A DNA stretch of 64,000 nt from Amphiscolops sp. MND2022 (Eukaryota): positions 40,982,001-41,046,000 of the forward strand of contig OZ076414.1 in assembly GCA_964187785.1 (NCBI GenBank), given 5' to 3'. The notes under the pieces were generated by a model. The model was not told the origin of the DNA, made no database searches, and saw nothing but the letters and a program-made list of their open reading frames with translations. Positions within the stretch are counted from its first letter, which is position 1, and each line of letters starts with the position of its first letter. Below, in pieces: positions 1-15,339 of this stretch. The position numbers were made by a program, and so were the translations under genes.

Positions 1-4800
<4,800 letters not shown>

Positions 4801-5216
4801 CTGTAACAGAATTGGCGCAATCAACAAAAGAGTATATTACAATTGCTAAATTGATAAGCCAATAAAAGCAAATTTTTTGTTCTATTTGCATCAAACATTT
4901 CTGGTAATGTTTGTAGGTACATTAGAGCACCAGATATTATAACCACTCGACGAAATTATACTTTCCAAAGCTTCAGATTTTTAAATGGTGGCGAATGTTC
5001 CGAAACTTTTGTCATTGTTTTTTTTCGAGTCAATTAAAACTATTGGTTGGGCCTTTCAATATCAATTATTTCTTGGTTGGCTCAATCCAATATAGTGGCA
5101 ACTACTATCAATTCTTGTCCAGTACCTAATGACTTGATACTGACAAAATTTTGCACGTATTTTTTCAATGTCGGGGAAGTTGAAATGCTTACCAATTTCA
5201 GAGTTTTTAGTCGGCG

Positions 5217-5291
5217 AGTAGTTTGATTTTATATGGGACCGTGCTAAACACGGGGGGGGGGGGTTTGAAATTTTACAAAATTTTTGCCAAG
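5217..5291 (+). repeat. E1 left terminal inverted repeat
   Basis: Reverse complement of 22878-22947; differs only in G-run length (G12 versus C7). Confidence 0.95.
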
Positions 5292-5319
5292 CTTGTAAAT
5301 TTGTATATGTACACTTTTC

Positions 5320-5640
5320 TTCGCGTGACAAACGTCAAAAAATGATAACTTTCAGCTGCGTGTACAATCGTCTAAAATATTTACCTTCGCATTTCTGCGT
5401 GACCATTGTCAAAAATGATGTACTTTCCATTTCCGCGTGATAAAATGTCTAAAAATGAATAACTTTCTATTTCCGCGTGAATATCCTCAAATATGATCTA
5501 CTTTCTATTTCCACGTGAATATCATCAAAAATGATCTACTTTCTATTTCCGCGTGATAAAATGTTTTAAATTAACTTTCTATTTCCGCGTGACTATCCTC
5601 AAAAATGATCTACTTTTCATTTCCGCGCGACTAACGTAAA
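5320..5640. repeat. Subterminal tandem repeat, about 9 degenerate units of 37-41 bp with core TTTCCGCGTGA
   Basis: Core GCGTG/ACGTG/GCGCG recurs at about 39-bp spacing directly inside the left TIR. Confidence 0.85.
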
Positions 5641-6252
5641 AAATAACCAACCTACAAGCTAAATCGTTACCAAAAGTCGAAATTTGTTACCTTTCGACTT
5701 AGTATCTTTCAACAATCAGTTCTAGAATATTCCACAGACTCATCCAGGCTTTCTAAAGGCGGGGAACTTGAGAAGGCCGTCGCTTTGGTTTGTCTGGAAC
5801 TTTTGTTGATTTTAACACTTGTCTTGACTTGTCTTAATTAGTCACACTGAAAGATTGCTACAGCTAGCTTAAATCAACGAATGCCTACTTTTGTTCAAAA
5901 TTTAATAAATCACTGATTATACGCTAAGTTTTACAGTTTTCTTTGCAGATATTGTTCAAATAAAAGAAGAGATGAATTTTCTCGGGTTTTATTGTTTGGT
6001 CAATCTTTTGTCTAATTTCCTGGTGCTTTTTGTTTAGGTAATCATTCACAAACTTCTTGAGAGCACCTGTTTAGGCAAATCAGATGCAAATATCTTTTCA
6101 ACCTGACTATAGCACCAGAAAACTGAAAAAAAATTGTGAAAAGACATCTTTGAATCTTGCAAATTTCAACTGCCAAAACCCGAATTTTACCTCAAACTTT
6201 CTCAATACCTAATAATCTTCCTTCCATAGTAAACAAGTCGATTTTCCTCAAA

Positions 6253-6774
6253 ATGGATTACCTAAGAAGTGTTTGGGGTTTAGATCAAACTCGGGTCGGT
6301 TTTCTCGAATATGGACAATCTGCAACTTTCGAGCCCCCGGTGAAAAAATCTAAACTAGAGCCTGAAATAAAAGTGGAAGTTCTCAAAACTATTCCACTTA
6401 ATAATGAGAATGGTAGATCGGGAAAGCAACGTTCTCGTTATAGAGTTTTTGTTGTCGCGTCTGATGGAAAGGGGCTAGTCGGCCTAGGCATCAAAGTTCA
6501 TCGCAACAAAGAAACTGCTAATAAATGTGCCGGTGATCAAGCCAAAGCAGAAATGTTCCAAATATCTTTGAGCTCCTTTGATCCCGAATGTCCAGAAAAA
6601 CATACAATACCACAACAACTTTTCGGTGAATATGGAGACCTGAAAGTTACTCTAAATCCTGCCGCTCGAGACACTGGTATTGAATCCTCGCCTCTCGCAA
6701 GATTTCCTCTGCACCTCATTGGAATCAAAGACTGTGTCGTTATGCCTGAATCTAGTAAGATGCCTGCCTACTAA
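6253..6774 (+). CDS. Ribosomal protein uS5 (RPS2)-like protein carried by E1, 173 aa, intronless and diverged
   Basis: IKVEVLKTIP..GKQRSRYRVFVVASDGKGLVGLGIK..HTIP..G..GDLKVTLNPAARDTGIESSP....LHLIGIKDC aligns collinearly with uS5 [60 protein letters not shown]....LMMAGIDDC. First ATG is 6253; the track's 6157 start is TTG. Confidence 0.85.
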   Translation: MDYLRSVWGLDQTRVGFLEYGQSATFEPPVKKSKLEPEIKVEVLKTIPLNNENGRSGKQRSRYRVFVVASDGKGLVGLGIKVHRNKETANKCAGDQAKAEMFQISLSSFDPECPEKHTIPQQLFGEYGDLKVTLNPAARDTGIESSPLARFPLHLIGIKDCVVMPESSKMPAY

Positions 6775-6865
6775 ATTGTGAATGAAGACTTTTTTCTCAT
6801 GGTCTTGAATAAATTCTTTTTATAGCACAAAACGACAATTCAGCATCTTTCGCTTTGGCTACTTT

Positions 6866-7327
6866 CAATGCCCTTGGTAAAGACTTGCAGACGAAATAAT
6901 GGTGAGCAGAATTTATTTTGTTTCGAGGCCTAACTTTTTTCGACGTTGTTTTTTCTCATTCCCCTTTTCTAATCAACAGCAAATAAAAGCCATGATGTTT
7001 GTTGCGGTGTAGTCAACGCTTCGAACTCCTGGATTTTTTTGTTTGCTGTCGATCACCCACCCTTTGTGTCAATACATACTCAACAATTTTTAGGAAACGT
7101 AATTAACGGCACTTTCTTTCGTTTTGTTTTTTTCCCAATGCCATTGGTAAAAACTTGCAGACAAAATAATGATGAGCAGACTTTGTCCTGTTTCGAGACC
7201 TAACTTTTTCGCGGCTGTTTTTCTCGTTCCCTCATGTTAATCAACAGCAAACAAAAGCCTTGATGTTTGTTGCGGTGTAGTCAACGCTTCGAACTCCTGG
7301 ATTTTTTTTGCTGTCGATCACCCACCC
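6866..7327. repeat. Direct duplication of about 195 bp (6866-7062 and 7136-7327)
   Basis: Shared blocks such as TTGGTAAA(G/A)ACTTGCAGAC and TGATGTTTGTTGCGGTGTAGTCAACGCTTCGAACTCCTGG, ending GATCACCCACCC. Confidence 0.85.
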
Positions 7328-7920
7328 ACCATTTCTGTCGGAAAATGCACAACATTTTTTTAGATTATTATTTTTCTAATCCTCACTTTCAACCTTACTA
7401 ATGCCACTCTACGGTTATGTAACGTCAAACCTGTGACAACAATCAACACTACCAAATCCCTAGACCATATGTTTTCCAATTTACTGCGAGAGACCCAATT
7501 GAGCCTTTGGGCACGGCATTTAGTTATGAGGCCGCGATTAGACCTGCGGGGCGGTATTAAAGCCCAGTCTTTTGCTTTGCTAGCCAGTTTTTTTCAGTTT
7601 ACGGCTATAGGGCGGCAAAAAGGCCCGTGTTTTGTTTTTTAAATCATTTATGGACTAGTTTTTCAACTGAAATCTTTTATTCTACGGCTTTTGGGGAATC
7701 TTCGATGCTATTAGACAACACGACGGCGAATAAAATGAGAGCAAAACATGACTGAATTTCTGAAATTAGCAAAGATCTGATATCTACTTGAAAATTCACT
7801 CAAGTACTTGAGAACAATGCAAAGTGAAACAATAAACACGGCACCCATCTATACAGTGCGAGAATGGACATTTTCTTTCGCTCGGTTTACAACTTCCTCA
7901 TTGGACTGCAGGGGCGACTT

Positions 7921-9185
7921 TTAAGGCCAATATTCTGTTTTTCTAGCCAAGTTTTTTTCCATTTTACGCTTATGGGGGCGGAATTAGGCCTGCGGGGGCG
8001 GCATTAAAGCCCATCATTTTGCTTTTTACGCCAAGCATTTTCCATTTTACGCTTATGGGGGCGCGATTAGGCCTACGGGGGCGGCATTAAAGCCCAGTAT
8101 TTTGCTTTTTAAGCCAACCAATTTCCATTTTACGCTTATGGGGGGCGCAATTAGGCCTGCGGGGGCGGCATTAAAGCCCAGCATTTTGCTTTTTACGCCA
8201 AGCATTTTCCATTTTACGCTTATGGGGGCGCGATTAGGCCTACAAGGGCGGCATTAAAGCCCAGTATTTTGCTTTTCAAGCCAACCAATTTCCATTTTAC
8301 GCTTATGGGGGCGCAGTAAGACCTGCGGGGGCGGCAATGAAGCCTAGTATTTTGCTTTTTTACCCAAGTTTTTTCCATTCTACGGCTGTGGGGCTGCGAT
8401 TAGGCCTACGGGGGCGGCATTAAAGCCCAGTATTTTGCTTTTTAAGCCAACCAATTTCCATTTTACGCTTATGGGGGGCGCAATTAGGCCTGCGGGGGCG
8501 GCATTAAAGCCCAGCATTTTGCTTTTTACGCCAAGCATTTTCCATTTTACGCTTATGGGGGCGCGATTAGGCCTACAAGGGCGGCATTAAAGCCCAGTAT
8601 TTTGCTTTTCAAGCCAACCAATTTCCATTTTACGCTTATGGGGGCGCAGTAAGACCTGCGGGGGCGGCAATGAAGCCTAGTATTTTGCTTTTTTACCCAA
8701 GTTTTTTCCATTCTACGGCTGTGGGGCTGCGATTACGCCTGCGGGGGCGGCATTAAAGCCCAGCATTTTGCTTTTTACGCCAAGCATTTTCCATTTTACG
8801 CTTATGGGGGCGCAATTAGGCCTACGGGGGCGGCATTAAAGCCCAGTATTTTGCTTTTTAAGCCAACCAATTTCCATTTTACGCTTATGGGGGCGCAGTA
8901 AGACCTGTGGGGGCGGCAATAAAGCCTAGTATTTTGCTTTTTTACACAAGTTTTTTCCATTTTACGGCTGTGGGGCCGCGATTAGGCCTGCGGGGGCGGC
9001 TTTAATGCCCAGTATTTTGCTTTTTCAGCCAAGCAATTTCCATTTTACGCTTATGGGGGGCGCAATTAGGCCTGCGGGGCGGCGATAAAGCCTAGTATTT
9101 TGCTTTTTTACCCAAGATTTTTCCATTTTACGGCTATAGGACCGTAAAAAGACCTACGGGGAGCCTTTAAAGCCCAGTATTTTCT
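7921..9185. repeat. Tandem array of about 15 units of 83-84 bp, with an approximately 333-bp four-unit higher-order repeat
   Basis: Unit TCCATTTTACGCTTATGGGGGCGC(A/G)ATTAGGCCT(A/G)CGGGGGCGGCATTAAAGCCCAG(T/C)ATTTTGCTTTTT..; unit starts at 8041, 8124 and 8208; variant order from 8068 recurs at 8401. Confidence 0.95.
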
Positions 9186-9452
9186 TTTTAAAATCATTTA
9201 TGGACTAGTTTTTCAACTGAAAGGTTTTATTCTACGGCTTTTGGAGAATCTCCTATGCTATTAGACAACGTGTCAGCCAATAAAATGAGAGCAAAACAAC
9301 ATTGAATTCACAGTTACTGAAGCACTTGTAACTCCTTGAAAGTTTACTCAACAGGTACTTGAGAACAATACAAAGTAAAACAATAAACTTAGCACAAAGA
9401 CTAGCTAGTAGCATATGAAGTAACATGAAGTCCTATTCGCTCTCGCTGTCGC

Positions 9453-12400
9453 TCACAATATCCATCCGTCTCCTTTTGCTCTTTTTATCCGGTTCACAAA
9501 TTCATCATCGCTGAACCAATTGTCAAAATCGATTAGGTATTCCAAGTCTTCGATGGCGTTTGCCTCATCTTCCGTTAGTGTCTCAACAATCACGCAGTCA
9601 TTTGGGTCCGATTCATCCTCTTCTCCTTCGAGCTGGCCATCTGCATCGGAAACTTCTGTCGCCTCGTCGTCGATGAATGGGTTTCTGGGAGGGCTCTGCT
9701 CTTCTCGAGTTTCGTCCAAGTTTATTTCGCCTTCCAGCTCGGAATCACTGTACTCTCTTTGATGCATCCCCGGATCAGGTGGTGACCATGCTTCCATCAA
9801 TTCTTGAGTGAGTGAGATTGACTCGTCTTCAGGTAGTCGCAATGGTGACGGAAGACGGGCATTCCCCGGCATCGGAGCCTCATCTGGAAAGACTTGGGAG
9901 ATTGTGTTCTGGGGATCCATACCGTTTAGTTCATCCCAAGTGGGACTTGTTGGCATTTCTTCGTCTTCATATCCCCGTTCTGGTTCATCCAAAATATCTT
10001 GCTCAACATGAGTATCCCTGATCATGTAGTGACCATGGGGTAAGGTTGAGATGCCGTCTTCTAATACATAGCGCTTATCATCAAAGGAGCTCAGCGACAG
10101 CTTGCTGGTCTTGATAGTTTGCAATTGATGTCGGGTTGATCCGATCCGCGTGTTTAAGGTCTTGAAAGAATCACCCGTCTGCAGAATTGTTTTGAAAAGC
10201 TCATGTGTTAGCTTTCGTTGAGCGAATCTAGTGATGCCCTTCGCTGATAACTTTTGCTTCCCGCCTGCCAAGATGGAATACACTTTTGGCTTGAGGCCTA
10301 CAAATTCTTCGATGGGTGTTCCTCCTAGCTCATCTTTGAATTTGAGTGTTACCATTTTGTTGTCGGCGTTATAGAGTTTATGATCTGTGGGGTAATTTGA
10401 CAAGTCAAAATATTGACGCAACTCTGCGTTTCTGGCAAGCTCTTCATAGAAATCTGTGTTTCACTTCGTATAGCAGTGAGTCTGTGTCCGAGTACAACAC
10501 AAAGCAATTGAGATGTTTCTTCATCACATTGTAATGGAAATCAAACATGATGTATTTTGCCAAGTCTAGTACAGCAGCCCCAACTATTGTGGGTTTGTTC
10601 CACGTGATGGATCTTTTTCTTGAAGATATAGCTGCTAGATTCTCGTGGAAAATCTTGAACTCATGAAAAAAAGGGGTGTCTGTCCTCCACAGTAGAGCTT
10701 CGCTGTTGGCGATAAGGTGTACACTCACGCGGTTCCGTTTACTTTCCAGAGTTTTACCGTAGCAAGAATTGTTCATGAGTTTGAAGAAACTCTCTTCGAA
10801 CTTGTTCCGAGATTCTTTTCTCTTTGCGGTATTTAGCTCCATATATGGTTTCAACCATTTTGTTTGTTTGAACTTTAACACTCGATGTACTTTCTTCACT
10901 TCCATGCCAAGGCTAACGTAGAGCTTCAGTGTTATATAATGGACAGTATAGTTCTTTTTGTCAGACAGTGATTGAATCAACTTTTTATCTTGACTAAAAG
11001 GTCTAGTTTCACCCATCTTTTCCAACAACTCCTGTTGACTTTCTCCCAGACTTTTGTAGTAGATTCTTTCTTTTGTTGGAGCCAGTGGAAAATCTTCATC
11101 TCCATCATGAAGCTTATCGGGGTAATGAAAGTCCACTTCTAGAATGTATCCTTCTTCAGAGTCGTTAGATGTTTCCAATATTTTGCTCAGGTTAATGTTT
11201 TGAACTGTTTCAAAGCTGTTCAATGGCAGTGGTAGTTTTTCCATGACACCGCCATACAAGTTGTTTGCGTCGAGTAATACACCATATGTGTCATATTCTC
11301 CGGTGTTGTGGTCATCTAGGTATCTGTTGTTTGCCTTGAAAAGTCTCTTGTCAAACACTGAAGATACACCTCCTCTAATCATACTTTCAACCATTTCCAG
11401 GTGGGACCGATCAGTTAAAAGTTCAATGTCTGCCCGACATATTTTCAAGAAAGCATCGCCAGATAAGTGGGAGCAAGTAAAATAGTGTGCACTGTCCAAG
11501 CCATAGGTCTTATAACAGAGGCTACGAAATTCTTCAACCACGCATGCCAAGAGTAGAGTGTCAGTTAGAAGGTACAAATTGTGGTAATCACCCAAGTTTT
11601 CGCATTGGAACTGCTCGTAAACCTTTTCTGCGTGTTGCCATTGGTCCTCAGTAACCATAACTTCTCCATTGCGCAGCGAATCTTTCCATTGTTCTCTCGG
11701 TGGTAGCTTCTCTTCTTGAAACTTTTCAAAGTTGTCAAAGTAGGAGTATGGATAATAGCCCTTTTGATGTTAGAGGTTTCGTTCTTCTTTAGAATAATCA
11801 GGAAAGACTTTGTCAAGTATTTCAAACTTATCTTCTGGCAAGTATGAAACTAATTTTTCTAGCGAAGCACCCATGAATCGGTAGGAGTCTATAAATCGCA
11901 GATACTCGAATACTGTCTTTGTCACCCCATTTTTATCTTGGTATGTTCTAACAGGCACTCCGATTGACAATGTTATGTATTTTTCATCTGTTGACGGTAT
12001 TACATCAAGTTTGCAACCTTCGCAGATCCAACAAAATTGTGCTTCTTGAGGTCTTTCTGGTAGTGCATCAGAAAAGTAACGATGGTTTTGCTTTCTTGTA
12101 TTCATTTTCTGAGCAATTTTCTCAAGCGCTTCAATGAATTTCTCCATGCAGTTTTCAGAACGTTCAAGCTGCATGAAAATTGGTGTAGAGTTACCATGTT
12201 CAATACCAACAAAGCAGAAGCCGCTAGGTTGGTGTAGTTCAGTGATGCTTGTTGATTCGTTTTCTTTTTGGCAGCCGACTAGTGGTTGAAGGATTGATTC
12301 GAGATCAAAGTAGATATCCACCGGGGCAAACCATCTCGCAGCCAAGTGTTTGAATTTCAACCGGTTTTTTTCTGGCTGAGGCATTTTCACAACAGCGGGC

Positions 12401-13602
12401 TCGTGATGCAAACAACTAATTTGGTGACGTTTGTAAATGTTTTCATCAGTGCAGACGTGAAAACAATTTCGGCAGAGTACTCTCTGAAACAACGATGTTG
12501 TTCCTTTGATCAAGTTGACGAGTCTCAAAAGGTCCAGTATCAAAACGTAGTGATACTCCTGTCCATCGTCCACTAACAATAAATCAACATTGAAAGTGCT
12601 GTCTTCACGGGAAACGGTATAACGGAAGACGTGAACGTTGCACTTGTTCAATTTCTCAAATCGTAGCATTTGTCCATATCCCATGGGCATTTCATAGTCA
12701 CCCACTGCTTGATGAGCTAATTGATTTCGTGGGGAATACGTTTCAGGGTTCGTTCGTCTCCCAATTGAATCCCGGCTAGCCACATAGAGTAGAGGTCCAT
12801 GTTTCAGGTGCCACGCAGCTGTAAAGCAGTACAAGAAGCAATTGTGATCTTGTCGGTTGCGAATGTTGAGCAGTAAATGCGGTGCCTCCAGTTCTGTTGG
12901 AGTAGGAAGGTAGGAGGATCCCCGAATTGGATTGAAGGTGGCAAATTTAATGTCTAGCTCAATTATTTTATCCAGTATCCACCCACTTCCGGAAGCAGTG
13001 AATGTAAACAAAGTGTTGATCATTTTGTCCACTGCTGCCAGGAAATCGTTTTGCGGCAGGGTATTGCCGTAAACAGGTACCATGTGTGATCGAAGAAAAA
13101 GTTCAGTTTCTTCTCCATTTGTTGGCTTTGAAAGCTCTGTTCTCAAAACGAGTTGCATTTTCTGACTTGTGCGGTTTACATTCTCGCTAACCAGTTGATC
13201 AATTTGTGGTCTGACATCAGTCATGAACTGCAGCAAGTCGTTTTCTCCTGATCCAATAATTTTGAATACTTTGAGAGCCCCAGTGAAAGCGGATGAGATT
13301 GGTTTCGTTTTCTCCTTGATAGAATCGATAGGTGGTGGTAGTCCATGTTTCTCTAACAACTGTTTGAAGAATTTTTGGGCGTCATCGAATCCTACTCCAC
13401 AATAGACGCAAATTTTTTCCAGCTGGGTTCCGTGTTTCGCGCGGAAGTGTTGATCAGATAAAGCAACGGATAGTTCCATCTTGTGACAAACTTCGCATTC
13501 CATGGGGAAGAGATTAGCAGGGATTTTGTGAACATTTCGTCGATGTTGACGAAGATTGTTTTTGTTGGGAAATGTTTTTTGACACCTGTCGCAGGTTCTC
13601 AT
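9453..13602 (-). pseudogene. Protein-primed family B DNA polymerase (pPolB) of E1, split into three ORFs (13602-11770, 11658-10444, 10421-9453)
   Basis: N-terminal C2H2 fingers, YFDLES (Exo I), LLDANNLY (motif A), KLMNNSCYGK (motif B), YSDTDS (motif C), GLKPKVY. Two frameshifts and an in-frame deletion of the EndoVII/Exo II segment relative to E2. Confidence 0.95.
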
Positions 13603-13879
13603 TTTGACTAAAATATTTGATTGAAACTACTATATCAGATTAATTTGTTGCCGAAACAAAACCTCGCTATAATAAAAGTAAATTTTTTCTCAAAAAGTCT
13701 AGTCAAGTTCACTCTGAAATAGTATTTTCAATCAAATATTGCAGGTGAGATTTGGTGATTTTCAACAGGATTTTTCGGTAAGGGTAACTGATTCTCAACA
13801 AAGTTGGAGATTTTTGATTTTATTTTTGAGAAATTGTTTCAAAATTGAGCTATCGGGGGTTGTTCGGGTTCGACGACAG

Positions 13880-14100
13880 ACGCAAGCTGACGCACACCAC
13901 TCAGACAATCGTCGGTTAATCTCGTTTCAACCGGTTAGAAAACGCAAGCTGACGCACCCCTCTCAGACAATCGGCGGTTAATCTCGTTTCAACCAGCAAA
14001 ACAAATGCAACCTGACGCACCCCCTCCCAGACAATCGGCGGTTGATTTCGTTTGAACCGGCAAGATAACAAAGCGCAACTATTGATTCACATCCCCTCTA
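13880..14100. repeat. Three to four tandem units of about 62 bp upstream of E1 pPolB
   Basis: GCAA(G/C)CTGACGCAC..CAGACAATCG(G/T)CGGTT(A/G)AT(C/T)TCGTTT(C/G)AACC at about 13882, 13945 and 14007, plus a degenerate copy at about 14074. Confidence 0.85.
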
Positions 14101-14362
14101 GACACGCTACGCAGTAAAAGTTCCCCTAGAAAATGGCTTGTTTTTAATTTTTCTCAGCATTCGATCGTAAAAATGCAAGCTGTTGCTCGCCGCCGCCGGA
14201 CTTATCTGGCTGAGGGTCAAAATCATTTGCTTCTTGCCTGATTTTAAAATCAACTGCTCTTCAATTTCAACTTTTTCCTCTTCGCTGCTTCAACTATCTT
14301 GTGAATCACCTCTGTTCTTTCGCTGAAATCTCCTGTAATCGTCTTCAACACTTCTAAGAGAA

Positions 14363-14745
14363 ATGTCTCAACACACCGTTTTCCCCATCAGATCGTGCCT
14401 CAAAATCGACGACGACTGGTTTCCAATTTTGGACCCCCGCTGAGAAAAACAGTCACTTTCAGCAGTTATATACGAGTGTTTCCAGCTTTAACCCCGCTCG
14501 ATCAGCCATCATCACTGTCTACAAAATTGCATCCCCAGCCCGAAAAATCATCCTTCAAGAGCCTGTCCTCTCAACGAATGAGACTCAGGGTCAGTTTCTC
14601 CCCCTTCTACAATACGATTGAGACTGATGGCAGGACTTACACTTCCGTAACGGCCCTAGAGGAGGAGGATGACTGTTGGAAGCCAGGAGCTCTGGATGGT
14701 GAGGCTTATTATAAAAAGAACTGTCGAAACTTGGTTTGTTTTTGA
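14363..14745 (+). pseudogene. Candidate PP1-docking protein (RSCLK plus two RVxF-like motifs), apparently frameshifted in a C5 run
   Basis: ATG at 14363 reads MSQHTVFPIRSCLKIDDDWFPILDP. One extra C at 14434-14438 joins it to PLRKTVTFSSYIRVF...RLRVSFSPF (track ORF 14395-14745). Confidence 0.4.
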
Positions 14746-14910
14746 TTTTGTGTTTGTTGTTTCATCACTATTTTGATTTTGTTATTTGAATATTTGATTT
14801 TGTGTTTGTCAATTAGTCTACCTTTTATCGTTCCCAACTCAATTTAGTCTTGCTTATTTTCTTTTCAAAAAAGTGGTAAAGAAAAAAACATGAATTAGAC
14901 AACAACAGCC

Positions 14911-15339
14911 TTAAATGAAATGTTTTACAAATCTCATTAGTTCTTGTTCACTAATATACGGAATTAGGGGAAAATGAGCGCCAAATACATAATGAGCTAT
15001 ATAAATGCAATAAAGTCCACACAAGTTTGAGTTTAAGTTTTGCAGAGGAGCTTGTATAATCTCTGTCACTTCTAAATCTGCAAAAGATAGTCGATTACGT
15101 ACGTAAGGATAATTGTTGAGTGCAAGTCCAAGTGGGTCGGCGAATAAAAACTTGTTGTTTCTGTTGCAAAGCAAAAGCCAGTGTGTTCCCATTTGAGTAG
15201 CTTTGTCTGAATTGACAATGATAAAGTTGTCATTCTTTAAACTGAGGGGAAAATTATCTGCTGCATAAACACCTGCGAATTTGTACTTCAAGTGTTTACA
15301 CTTGTTGATGAGAGTGCCCAACTGTAGTTCGTCAATCAT
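14911..15339 (-). CDS. Adenain-like cysteine protease (E1)
   Basis: GVYAADN, GTHW (His), FADPLG (Asp), Q..NSNLCGLYC (Gln/Cys); homologous to 36306-36737. Confidence 0.92.
   Translation of the reverse strand: MIDELQLGTLINKCKHLKYKFAGVYAADNFPLSLKNDNFIIVNSDKATQMGTHWLLLCNRNNKFLFADPLGLALNNYPYVRNRLSFADLEVTEIIQAPLQNLNSNLCGLYCIYIAHYVFGAHFPLIPYISEQELMRFVKHFI

Noticed and set aside
6157-6252. N-terminal 32 codons of the uS5-like ORF
   Set aside because: Begins at TTG; the first ATG is 6253.
7921-9185. CRISPR-like array
   Set aside because: Units are contiguous variants of one sequence with no unique spacers, there are no cas genes, and the context is eukaryotic.
9520-13405. Plus-strand ORFs inside E1 pPolB (9520, 9808, 9812, 10346, 11243, 12346, 13223)
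   Set aside because: Antisense shadows of the polymerase frame with no independent motifs. The same applies to the minus-strand shadows in E2 core genes.
14160-14340. Possible minus-strand ORF remnant in the E1 variable region
   Set aside because: Short, broken frames with no recognisable similarity to E2 genes.
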